From: a virus
Direction: 5' to 3' (one strand)
IMG/VR virus record: IMGVR_UViG_3300035703_000033
Location: 1 to 64,000 of that record
Length of the DNA: 64,000 nt
Each line of letters starts with the position of its first letter. Positions within the stretch are counted from its first letter, which is position 1. The position numbers and the translations under genes are program-made. A model generated the notes under the pieces. That model was not told where the DNA came from. It was given only the letters and a program-made list of their open reading frames with translations, and did not search any database. This document shows, piece by piece, positions 43,482 through 52,841 of the stretch.

Positions 43482-44187
43482 AATAACATTTCATTCAAAT
43501 AAAACTTATAATCAACCAGGACATGAATTAAATCCTAAACCAGCAAAGAAGAGCGTTCCTCAATGGTTTTCCGAATCAAGCAGGTACTGGTTTCCAGAAG
43601 TAAAAGACTCTCTTTCATTTAAAGCTTGCCCAGCATTAGTAGATGCATTTCTTGCAGGTTATGTTTTAAAAACTCCATGCGACATATATTTCCAAAAAGA
43701 GTCTAGCTCTGATGTTTTTAAGCACACTGATATATTTAAAGTTTATAAAGAACCAGGATATGATGATTTTTGTTGTTCAAGACCAGATATGCCAGGGTTT
43801 CCCAAGCCACACGGATTTGATAAACATTTTCATTGGTTTCCTAATTGGATGCCAGGGCTTGAGCCAGGCTACAGCGCTTTATATGTTCATCCATTAAATC
43901 GTTTTGATCTACCGTTCATCACCGTCTCTGGTATAATTGATAACGATAAGATGAATACCCCTGGTTTAATGCCTTTCTTCCTTAAAGAAGGTTTTGAAGG
44001 TCTGATTCCAAAGGGAACTCCATTTGTTCAGATAATTCCATTTAAAAGAGAAGATTGGGAATCAGAAGAGCAGATGTATTCCATAGAAGAGATATTTGAA
44101 AGACATAATTATCAAGCAAATAAGTTTAGAGTTCCAGAGGGCGGGGCTTATAAGAAAAAAGTTTGGTCAAGAAAGAGGTATGATTAA
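43474..44187 (+). CDS. DUF6065-like protein (second copy)
   Basis: P.PAK..VP.WF, K.CP...D....GY, HPLNR, SGIID.D, KGTP..Q.IPFKR. Confidence 0.65.
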   Translation: MPKITFHSNKTYNQPGHELNPKPAKKSVPQWFSESSRYWFPEVKDSLSFKACPALVDAFLAGYVLKTPCDIYFQKESSSDVFKHTDIFKVYKEPGYDDFCCSRPDMPGFPKPHGFDKHFHWFPNWMPGLEPGYSALYVHPLNRFDLPFITVSGIIDNDKMNTPGLMPFFLKEGFEGLIPKGTPFVQIIPFKREDWESEEQMYSIEEIFERHNYQANKFRVPEGGAYKKKVWSRKRYD

Positions 44188-44906
44188 TGAATATGAAACG
44201 TTGGGACACTAGCGGTAATTTAGCTAACTTTAATGCTAAGTCTATAACTCCATCTGGATTTTTTGGAGATTCAGATAAAAATATAGTTGAGGTTGAAGAT
44301 TTTATTACAGAAGAAGAAAATAATATATTTTTAGAGTTTGCAAGAAAAAATTCTTCTTTTGATGAAACACCAACAGAGTTTAATGAAAATGGCAATCTTA
44401 TTTATGACGAAAGACCGTGGGTAAATAGAGTAGCAACTGGAGAGACTCTATTGAAGAGTGGACCACACGTGATACCAGTTCTTACACATATGGTTACAAG
44501 ATTTCAAAAAATAATTGAAGATTTTTTTGATGTAGAAGTTACTCCTACAGGACCAGCAATTGTTAGGTGGCCAGTTGGAGCAAGACAAGAGCCACATGCA
44601 GATAAAGAGTTGCATGAGGGCCCAGATGCAGGAAAACCAAATTCTTTCCCGTGGTATGATATTGGAACTGTTTTTTATTTTAATGATGATTATGAGGGTG
44701 GAGAATTATATTTTCCAAAACAAGGTGTTGAGTTTAAGCCAAAAGCACGAGCTGCATATTTTTTCCCAGGCGATATGAACTATATTCATGGAGTAAGGCC
44801 AATAACAAAGGGATGTAGATACACTGCTCCATATTTTTGGACAATAAATAAGTTACCAGAAAAATATAATGGCCCAAAGGAGTTTAATTATGTGCCACAT
44901 AACTAA
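44187..44906 (+). CDS. 2OG-Fe(II) oxygenase, P4H-like
   Basis: HAD...YFNDDYEGGELYF...HGV...RY. Confidence 0.92.
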   Translation: MNMKRWDTSGNLANFNAKSITPSGFFGDSDKNIVEVEDFITEEENNIFLEFARKNSSFDETPTEFNENGNLIYDERPWVNRVATGETLLKSGPHVIPVLTHMVTRFQKIIEDFFDVEVTPTGPAIVRWPVGARQEPHADKELHEGPDAGKPNSFPWYDIGTVFYFNDDYEGGELYFPKQGVEFKPKARAAYFFPGDMNYIHGVRPITKGCRYTAPYFWTINKLPEKYNGPKEFNYVPHN

Positions 44907-45615
44907 ACATAAGGAAGAATGTTTTACAATTGAGCATTTTTTAACAGAAGAAGAATGTAAAGCTATTATTTCGTATACGGAGTGGTTAGCTAGCAATAAC
45001 ATTTTAGAGTGGAATCAAATATCGTTTTATGATTCATTTGCAATGGGCTTTTGGGAAGAGGATCCAACTGGTGGCTGTGAGTTATTTGGACTTCCCAAAA
45101 ATTATTTTCATGGTGTTTTAAAACAAAAAATAAAAGATGCTTGTGAAAATGCTTTAGGAAAAGATTTAGCTGAGGTTAGTTATCATGCTCAAAAATGGAA
45201 AGATGGAGCATATGCATCATTTCATTCCGATAACTCTGACGAGCATGGAAACCCTTCAGAGTTTGAAAGAAGTAAGTATGCTGCATTTATCTATCTTAAT
45301 GAAGACTTTAAAGGTGGAAATTTAAATTTTAAACATCACGATGTAAACATAAAACCAAAAGCTGGTATGCTTGCAGTTTTTGCAGGCGGGTATACAAATG
45401 AACATGAAGTTACAAAAGTTCATGGAGGTACTCGTTATACCGTAGGATCATTTTGGGATAACGCAGATGCTGTTTATACTGAAGAGCAAATTAAAGAAAG
45501 AGAAGAAAGATTAAAGAAAACTAGAGCTGAGCAAGATTTAACTTATCAGCAGTGGGCAAAGCAAAAAGAATTGGGAATAACTCAAGACTATGTTGGAAAA
45601 TACGGTGAAGTATGA
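44890..45615 (+). CDS. 2OG-Fe(II) oxygenase, P4H-like
   Basis: HSD...YLNEDFKGG...HEV...RY; AAGGAG RBS before ATG 44890. Confidence 0.92.
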   Translation: MCHITKHKEECFTIEHFLTEEECKAIISYTEWLASNNILEWNQISFYDSFAMGFWEEDPTGGCELFGLPKNYFHGVLKQKIKDACENALGKDLAEVSYHAQKWKDGAYASFHSDNSDEHGNPSEFERSKYAAFIYLNEDFKGGNLNFKHHDVNIKPKAGMLAVFAGGYTNEHEVTKVHGGTRYTVGSFWDNADAVYTEEQIKEREERLKKTRAEQDLTYQQWAKQKELGITQDYVGKYGEV

Positions 45616-46469
45616 ATAGAATAGAAATTTATCCAAGAGTAGTTGTGTATAAAAATACGCTACCTAGATGGAAAGAGTATGTAGATCTTTTAAAAAAGTC
45701 TGAATCAGAGCCACCAAGATACTACTTCAAGGATTGGGAAGATTGGTATGGTTTTGGAAAAATGATGAATCTATCAATGAATAATCCAAATGTTTCATAC
45801 AATATTGATTCTGATGATGAATATGCAAAACTACAGCAAGATTTTTTACAAGATGTAACAGATGCCTATTATAATGTTACAGCAGATTATGTAAAAACAT
45901 ACGGCATCTCTTTACCAAATTGGGTCAATAATGGTATATCGATTTGCAAATATTGGGAAAGCCCTAAGCAAAATGAAATGGCAATGCACTATCATACAGA
46001 TTATGTTGGCGCAAATGCAGATGCCCCAGGTAAAAAATTTGCTATTACTTGTACAATTTATATTAATGACGATTATGATGGCGGAGGACTATCATTTCTA
46101 AGGGAGGATACTGGTGATGTTATTGACTATAAGCCAGAGGCTGGAGATATAGTTGTATTCCCATCAGGAGATCCTATTACTGGAGCTTCTCATTATTTCC
46201 ACGGCGTAGATAGAGTCGATAATGGAGAAAAGTATTTTATAAGATGTTTTTGGTCATATGAGTTTGAAGGTACAAAAGAGTGGCATGAAGGTGTTGAAAA
46301 GTATGGAAAAGATATATGGGAAGATATGCAGCTTGAAAAAATGAAAGAGGATATAAAGTCTGGTAAATGGCATAGATATCTTGTCATGCCTGGTGAGGAA
46401 GACCCAAAGAAAGAAAGGTCTACCCCATTCTTTTTAAGGGATAAAGATGCTTATAAAAAAATTAGATGA
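45612..46469 (+). CDS. 2OG-Fe(II) oxygenase, P4H-like
   Basis: HTD...YINDDYDGG...FPS...HGV...KY. Confidence 0.92.
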   Translation: MNRIEIYPRVVVYKNTLPRWKEYVDLLKKSESEPPRYYFKDWEDWYGFGKMMNLSMNNPNVSYNIDSDDEYAKLQQDFLQDVTDAYYNVTADYVKTYGISLPNWVNNGISICKYWESPKQNEMAMHYHTDYVGANADAPGKKFAITCTIYINDDYDGGGLSFLREDTGDVIDYKPEAGDIVVFPSGDPITGASHYFHGVDRVDNGEKYFIRCFWSYEFEGTKEWHEGVEKYGKDIWEDMQLEKMKEDIKSGKWHRYLVMPGEEDPKKERSTPFFLRDKDAYKKIR

Positions 46470-47061
46470 GAATATTATCTATTATGAAAATGTATTAGAT
46501 AACCCATATGAATTTATTGAAAAAATAGAAAGTTTAGATATATCTAATAATAATTCAAGCCATATTAGCAAGTGGGAAAAGTGGAGTGCAAGTAATGCTG
46601 ATCAGCAGTACGGCATTTCTAAAAATGGTAGATTTTCTAATATGCATTACAGCACTGCGGAAGATATAGAAACCTCATTAATTTCGTATAAAATTAAAGC
46701 AATATCTGATTTATGTTTTGCTAACTATAAAGCTAACACTGGAGTGGATATGCTTAAGTTACCAGATTACTTTAGTATTAGGAAGTATGATACTGGAGCA
46801 GACATGGGAAAGCACGTGGATTCAGAGGATCCAACAGATAAGTCTCACCCAGTAGTTTCTGGAGTTCTTTATTTAAATGATAATTACGAGGGTGGAGAAA
46901 TTTACTTTCCAGAACAAGAAATTAAAATAAAGCCAAAAGCTGGAAGTATGATCATGTTTCCATCCTATAGACCATACTTTCATCACCCATTAGCAATTAC
47001 TAAAGGAAATAAATACATGATTCCATTTTTCTGGTATCCATTAGAAACGGTTTGGGAATAA
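46447..47061 (+). CDS. 2OG-Fe(II) oxygenase, P4H-like
   Basis: HVD...YLNDNYEGGEI...PKAGS...HH...KY. Confidence 0.92.
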   Translation: MLIKKLDENIIYYENVLDNPYEFIEKIESLDISNNNSSHISKWEKWSASNADQQYGISKNGRFSNMHYSTAEDIETSLISYKIKAISDLCFANYKANTGVDMLKLPDYFSIRKYDTGADMGKHVDSEDPTDKSHPVVSGVLYLNDNYEGGEIYFPEQEIKIKPKAGSMIMFPSYRPYFHHPLAITKGNKYMIPFFWYPLETVWE

Positions 47062-47068
47062 ATGTATA

Positions 47069-47728
47069 ATGAAAGCAAAACAAAATTTTTGGTCAACTCT
47101 ATATGAAAGGTCACAAACAAAAATGATGTACTTACCCAATGTTCTTGGAGATAGCTGTGTTTATTTTAGAAATACTATCTCTGAACCACAAAAATTAATA
47201 GAATTTATTGAAGAGTGCGAAAAAGATCAATCAACACATAAGTACCTAACCAGCTGGTCAGAGATGACTGACTCTATTATGTTTAAAAAGTTTTTGCTTG
47301 AAGAAAGCGATATATCAAAAAGGAATAAACAAAAGCTTCTTTATATATATAATAGCTTTAAGGCTGGGATAGACTATTGTAAAGAACATTATTCTAATTT
47401 TGCTAAACAAGAAACATCAGATATAAAGCCTTTATATCTATTTAAGTCTAAGCCACTATCAGAAGGAGAAAGAGATCAGGAGTACTCTTTGCCAGATAGC
47501 TCACAATCTATTTCTGTTTATTTGATGATGAATACAGAAGCTGAAGGTAAGGCATTCTGTTTAAATAAAGAAAAGTCTATATATATCTACCCAGAGCCAT
47601 GGAGTATTGTTATGGTTCCAGATAATCTTTCACACTCAGAAGGCATCAATGCTAATAGTGAGTTGTATTATTTAAAGACAAAGTTTGAGCTAGGGGCAGA
47701 AAAGCTGCAATGCAGTAATCTGCTATAA
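47069..47728 (+). CDS. degenerate 2OG-Fe(II) oxygenase-like protein
   Basis: Same architecture (YF.N....P..LIEFIE, Y..MN...EG, PEPWS....P....H) but no HxD. Confidence 0.6.
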   Translation: MKAKQNFWSTLYERSQTKMMYLPNVLGDSCVYFRNTISEPQKLIEFIEECEKDQSTHKYLTSWSEMTDSIMFKKFLLEESDISKRNKQKLLYIYNSFKAGIDYCKEHYSNFAKQETSDIKPLYLFKSKPLSEGERDQEYSLPDSSQSISVYLMMNTEAEGKAFCLNKEKSIYIYPEPWSIVMVPDNLSHSEGINANSELYYLKTKFELGAEKLQCSNLL

Positions 47729-47735
47729 TTAAATA

Positions 47736-49421
47736 ATGTCATATTTAGCATCAGTACTCAAAGACTACCCAGTGGGATTCTGGCCACTTTCTTCAAGTGC
47801 AGAGGATAAGTCTGGATGCGGAAATGACGGGGTTGTAAGTGGCACACATCAGTTCGGCAAAAATTCTTTAATACCGTACTCTGGTGAATCAACAAGAATA
47901 GCTGGATCATCGTATATATCAATACCGCTAGATAAAGATTATTATTCTTCTTCTGTTTTGCCAGCAATTGCAAATAGCTCAAGTTCAACAAAAGAGTTTA
48001 CTATAGAGCTATGGTTTAAGCCAGAGTCTGATTTCTTACAAGAGTCTCCTTTGTTTGCTGACGTACTAAACGGCACTGGAATTTTTTATCAAAACGGTAA
48101 TATAATATTTAAAATAGAAGACGTTTCGTTAGAGTATACATTAAGCAATATAAATAAATCTTTATATATCGCATGTATTTATGGTGTTAATAGTATGTCA
48201 ATATATGTTGACGGAGAAATTGTTGCTACAAAAAATACAGACGGTTTTAAATTTGAGGCAGAGGGTGTAGATTTTCAGGTTGGCCCAGTCGTTGGACCGT
48301 CGGATTCATTTTTAATTAATGGAATTTCTGTTTACAGGTATGCATTAAGCTCAGATCAAATATATGGAAGATTTTCTAACTTATATAATATACCTCCAAT
48401 ACAAATAGCAGATCCAAATAATGGTTCATTATTTGAGATTAAAAATAAGGCATATGGTAGAAAATTTACATTTAGTTATCCAATCGATAAAGACTGGTCA
48501 GAAATAGCAGAAAGCCCTGTAAGGCGCAATGAAGGTTACGGGTACATAGAACTAAGCCAAACTGATGGCGAGGTCTCTAAAGAGCTTATAGACGTTCTAT
48601 CAATACCATCTATGGAAGAGTACAACCACTCAGTAATAGAATGGGAGGGAGACAATGGAGTATCAATCTATATATCTCAAGATAACTCTACTTTCAATGA
48701 ATGCAAAAATGGTCTTCCTCTTCCAATATCTGATTTTACAAAAAGTGTTATTTATTTAAAGATAAAATTTACTTCAAGTAATGCTCAGCGCTTTAATCCA
48801 AGATTACATAAATTAAATATATCTTTCTTTAAAGATGTAAGAATTTATTCAGAAAATAGCGCCAGCTATATTGCAAAGTCAACGGGCGGAAGCCATGATT
48901 TTGGTTTCACGTGGAACAATAAGCCAATACTCTCACAGTCTAAATATAACGGTCTACGGGCAGAGGCTAAATTCAGTTTATACACAGACAGAGATGTCCA
49001 TACCCTAGAAACCTTTTATACACCAGATTCTCTTGAGGCAGGATCATTATTTGATCAGCTTTCATGGAATGGGGCGGGAACACTAAGTAATCCCAATATC
49101 CTAGCCCTATATATCAACGGAGAAGACAAGACATCAGAAACATCAGTCTCTGGCTTATTTGAGGTAGGACAATTACACCATGTTGTAGTAGTCCTATCAG
49201 ACTCAATTACTGAAGAAATAGTATTTAATGATGGATCAAATGAGGCCCTATATCAGTATATAACCATATATGAGAGCCAAATGGATGCAGTTACTGCACA
49301 GGCTCATTATGAGATGTATGTGGATAGTGTCTCTACTATTGCCGTCGGCGGGTCACTGTCAATGACAGAAAATTCAATAAACTACTATGATAATGATTGG
49401 GTAGTGATACAAAATATTTAA
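47736..49421 (+). CDS. LamG/concanavalin-like virion protein
   Basis: MSY...VL.D.P.GFWPL...D.SG.GN.G, FTIELWFK, IYVDG, Y.YALS. Confidence 0.8.
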   Translation: MSYLASVLKDYPVGFWPLSSSAEDKSGCGNDGVVSGTHQFGKNSLIPYSGESTRIAGSSYISIPLDKDYYSSSVLPAIANSSSSTKEFTIELWFKPESDFLQESPLFADVLNGTGIFYQNGNIIFKIEDVSLEYTLSNINKSLYIACIYGVNSMSIYVDGEIVATKNTDGFKFEAEGVDFQVGPVVGPSDSFLINGISVYRYALSSDQIYGRFSNLYNIPPIQIADPNNGSLFEIKNKAYGRKFTFSYPIDKDWSEIAESPVRRNEGYGYIELSQTDGEVSKELIDVLSIPSMEEYNHSVIEWEGDNGVSIYISQDNSTFNECKNGLPLPISDFTKSVIYLKIKFTSSNAQRFNPRLHKLNISFFKDVRIYSENSASYIAKSTGGSHDFGFTWNNKPILSQSKYNGLRAEAKFSLYTDRDVHTLETFYTPDSLEAGSLFDQLSWNGAGTLSNPNILALYINGEDKTSETSVSGLFEVGQLHHVVVVLSDSITEEIVFNDGSNEALYQYITIYESQMDAVTAQAHYEMYVDSVSTIAVGGSLSMTENSINYYDNDWVVIQNI

Positions 49422-49484
49422 TTTTGTCATATAGCATGACAAGATATGGACTTTGGCACTATAAAGTGGTAGAATAGTCAACAT

Positions 49485-49826
49485 ATGGATATCAAAAGAA
49501 CTGGATTTAAAGTTAATGACCACGAGTCAACGCTTGGCATATACGTTTGGAAAATGCCAGATGGAAGATGGATTGGCGACGACGATGGAAATTTTCTTTC
49601 TATAACCTCAAAAGAAGGTAATAGAGAAAGAATGAACTTGCTTGCTGACGCAGTTAGATCATACGGTATTTATGAAGGACAACCTCACTTTTTATCTGGT
49701 CGTAGAAAGATTGATGACGAAGAATTTGAGTATCAACAGCAGAGATTGAAATGGGGTCTAACTCCAGATCCTCTTGATATTGGTGTATACAAGGATAGTC
49801 TTAAGGAGTTAAACGGTGGCAAATAA
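49485..49826 (+). CDS. hypothetical protein upstream of portal
   Basis: GIYVW.MPDG...DDGNFL. Confidence 0.75.
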   Translation: MDIKRTGFKVNDHESTLGIYVWKMPDGRWIGDDDGNFLSITSKEGNRERMNLLADAVRSYGIYEGQPHFLSGRRKIDDEEFEYQQQRLKWGLTPDPLDIGVYKDSLKELNGGK

Positions 49827-51411
49827 TATGATGGAATTTGAAGATGAAAACAACTCTGTCGAAGAGATTGAGATTTCAAATACAGCAGACTGGATGAAGT
49901 TCTCTTCTCCAGTTGTGCAAACAAGCAATGATCCATTTAAGATTGAAAATGAAGAAATTTTAAAGGTATCAGGAATGTCTCCTACTTTCAGAAGAAAAGT
50001 AAGTAGAGATTTGCAAAAACGTTTTACTGGAATTGATGGAGCACAGACACAGCAAAATCTTTTACAGCAGGCAGTCACTGGCTATGCAATGTTTGATTTG
50101 GTTGAGCCACCATATAACCTTGAATACCTATCTTCTATTTATGAAATATCTCCATATAACTACGCAGCTATTAATGCGAAGGTGGCAAATATTGTAGGAT
50201 TAGGTTTTGATTTTATTGAAACAAGAAAAACAAATGATGCTCTTGATGAAATTGCAGATGAGAAGCAATTAGAAAGAGCACGACGAAAGCTAAGCAGAAT
50301 TAGACAAGATCTACATGAGTGGCTTGAAGATTGCAATGATGAAGAAACATTTAAAGAAACATTAATTAAGTTTTATACCGACGTTGAGTCTACAGGAAAT
50401 GGATATCTTGAAATCGGAAGAACTACATCTGGAAAGATTGGATATATTGGACATATCCCATCCAAGACAATGCGTGTAAGAAGATTACGTGATGGTTTTA
50501 TTCAGTTGCTTTATGGCAAGGCTGTGTACTTTAGAAACTTTGGCGATCAGGAAACACCAAATCCTATAGCTGGTGGACTTGATAGACCAAATGAAATTAT
50601 TCATTTGAAGAAGTATACCCCTAAGAATAACTACTATGGAATTCCAGATATTATTGCTGCTCAAAATGCAATGGCTGGAAATGAGTTTGCAGGAAAGTAC
50701 AACCTAGATTATTTTGAAAATAAGGCAGTTCCAAGATATATTATTACTGTTAAGGGTGCAAAGCTTTCATCAGAGTCAGAGCGTAAGTTGCTTGAATTTT
50801 TCCAAGTAGGATTGAAGGGTAAAAACCACAGATCTCTGTACATACCTCTTCCAGCAGATTCTCCAGACTCAAAGGTTGAATTTAAAATGGACCCAATTGA
50901 GGCGGGGTCTCAAGAGTCATCATTTAATATTTATCGTACATCAAATAGAGATGAAATATTAATGGCTCATAGAACTCCTATTAATAAGATAGGAACACCA
51001 GCTGGTGTTAATTTGGCAGCAGCTAGAGATGCCGATAAAACATTTAAAGAGCAGGTTTGCAGACCAGCTCAAGAAAATTTAGAAAAGAAATTAAATAAAA
51101 TTATTGAAGAAATGACTGATGCCTTGAAATTAAAATTCAATGAATTAACCTTGACAGATGAGGATACTCAGTCAAAAATTGATGAAAGATATTTAAGATT
51201 CCAGGTAATGACACCTAATGAAATTAGATTAAGAATGGGTCTTGTGCCAAGAGAAGGCGGAGATAAACCAGTAGATTTAGCAGCCCAGGCTGCTGAGGTT
51301 AAAGCTCAGGCACTTCAGACCAGAACTAGAGACCAGGAAAGATCCTCTAACTCCCCAGATATTTCGGGGGATGGTAGAAATGCAAAGGGAGATGGAAGAC
51401 AAGTTGAGTAG
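49816..51411 (+). CDS. portal protein
   Basis: TGNGYLE, EIIH.K, YYG.PD, YFEN.AVP, TPNE.R..GL.P..GGD; position before protease and capsid. Confidence 0.9.
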   Translation: MANNMMEFEDENNSVEEIEISNTADWMKFSSPVVQTSNDPFKIENEEILKVSGMSPTFRRKVSRDLQKRFTGIDGAQTQQNLLQQAVTGYAMFDLVEPPYNLEYLSSIYEISPYNYAAINAKVANIVGLGFDFIETRKTNDALDEIADEKQLERARRKLSRIRQDLHEWLEDCNDEETFKETLIKFYTDVESTGNGYLEIGRTTSGKIGYIGHIPSKTMRVRRLRDGFIQLLYGKAVYFRNFGDQETPNPIAGGLDRPNEIIHLKKYTPKNNYYGIPDIIAAQNAMAGNEFAGKYNLDYFENKAVPRYIITVKGAKLSSESERKLLEFFQVGLKGKNHRSLYIPLPADSPDSKVEFKMDPIEAGSQESSFNIYRTSNRDEILMAHRTPINKIGTPAGVNLAAARDADKTFKEQVCRPAQENLEKKLNKIIEEMTDALKLKFNELTLTDEDTQSKIDERYLRFQVMTPNEIRLRMGLVPREGGDKPVDLAAQAAEVKAQALQTRTRDQERSSNSPDISGDGRNAKGDGRQVE

Positions 51412-51464
51412 TCCTGCTCAACCATTATTTGCCTTTTTATATATAGCATATTAAAATTAACTAT

Positions 51465-52823
51465 ATGAATATCGAAAAATCCTATTGGTCTTCTAATGGC
51501 GATGCCATTAATTTATCAGTTCCTTTCACTAAAGTCAACCGTGAAAGACGAACTGTATCTGGCTTTGCAACGCTAGATAACATAGATCAAACTGGTGATT
51601 TGGTTACAGCAGAAGCAAGCCTAGAAGCATTTGAAAAGTTCCGTGGAAACATTCGTGAGATGCATGGATCAAATGCAGTTGGCAAAATGTTATCCTTTAG
51701 ACCAGAAACATTTTATAATCCAGAAACACAAGAGATGCACACTGGTGTATATGTAGATGCATATGTTTCAAAGGGCGCACAAGATACCTGGGAGAAAGTT
51801 CTAGATGGAACTCTTTCAGGTTTTTCTATTGGCGGAAAGATTATTGAATCAGATAATGAAGTAAATAAGTCTACAGGAAAGTCTGTGCGATTTATTAAGA
51901 AGTATGCTTTACTTGAGTTGTCCCTTGTCGACTCACCAGCAAATGAATTATGTAATGTTCTTTCTATCTCAAAGTCAAACGGACAAATGGTATATAAAGG
52001 AATTGCAGTAGAAACAGAAACAGAAAATATTTTTTATTGTGAAGAAAGCGATTCAGTTTTTCTATCGCCAGAAGAAACATATGTCTCACCAGTAAGTGGA
52101 AAGAATGCAACACTAATTGGATGGGTAGAAAAGAATGATAGCAATAAGGCTAAAGAAATAAATAAGATTCTTGATTCGTTTAAGAATTCAAGATTACCGT
52201 TGCCTGATACACATATCGCAAAACAGGCAATTGGAGAAGGAGGTAATGAAGTGGAAAACGTAGAGAATACAGAAATTGTAGAAAAGCTACGGGCACCAGA
52301 AGCTCCAGCAGTGGAGCCAGCAGCAGAAGTTGTTGCTGAGCCAGTTGTTGAAGCGACTCCAGATTCTCCTGCATCTGATGAAGATGCCGCAGAAGAAGAA
52401 GTAGCTACAGAAGACACTTCTGCCGAAACTCTCGAAAAGGCAGCCGACGTATCAGAAGTTGAGGTTGATGAACCTGATTTTGCAAAGATGCTCGGTGATC
52501 TTAAGGGATTCTTTGCGGAAACCCTTAATAAGGCGTCGGAAAACAATGCTGCACAGGTTACAGAGATTAAGTCTACTGTTGAATCTTTCAGCAAGAGTGT
52601 CGACACAAGAATTTCGGAGTTAGCAGAACAACATACTGCTTTATCAAAAGCAGTTGAAGAAATAAAGAACACAATCTCTACAGTAGAGAAGCGTGTTGAC
52701 GCAGTAGAATCAGATACTGCAATTAAGAAGTCCTCAGACCTCGGCGGGTCTCAGGAGATTACAATCAAAAAGTCAAGATGGAACGGTTCTTTCCTCGGTT
52801 CTGTCAATGAACTATTTAACTAA
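51465..52823 (+). CDS. prohead protease fused to scaffold
   Basis: HK97-type motifs V.GFA...D..GD, REMH, GFSIGG, ELSLVD.PAN; acidic coiled-coil C-terminus. Confidence 0.9.
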   Translation: MNIEKSYWSSNGDAINLSVPFTKVNRERRTVSGFATLDNIDQTGDLVTAEASLEAFEKFRGNIREMHGSNAVGKMLSFRPETFYNPETQEMHTGVYVDAYVSKGAQDTWEKVLDGTLSGFSIGGKIIESDNEVNKSTGKSVRFIKKYALLELSLVDSPANELCNVLSISKSNGQMVYKGIAVETETENIFYCEESDSVFLSPEETYVSPVSGKNATLIGWVEKNDSNKAKEINKILDSFKNSRLPLPDTHIAKQAIGEGGNEVENVENTEIVEKLRAPEAPAVEPAAEVVAEPVVEATPDSPASDEDAAEEEVATEDTSAETLEKAADVSEVEVDEPDFAKMLGDLKGFFAETLNKASENNAAQVTEIKSTVESFSKSVDTRISELAEQHTALSKAVEEIKNTISTVEKRVDAVESDTAIKKSSDLGGSQEITIKKSRWNGSFLGSVNELFN

Positions 52824-52841
52824 AGGTAGGTGAAAAAAATA

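Noticed and set aside
52034-52672. 212-aa - strand ORF and similar antisense ORFs (38011, 4885, 54898)
   Set aside because: Opposite well-supported structural genes; low-complexity mirror translations without RBS.
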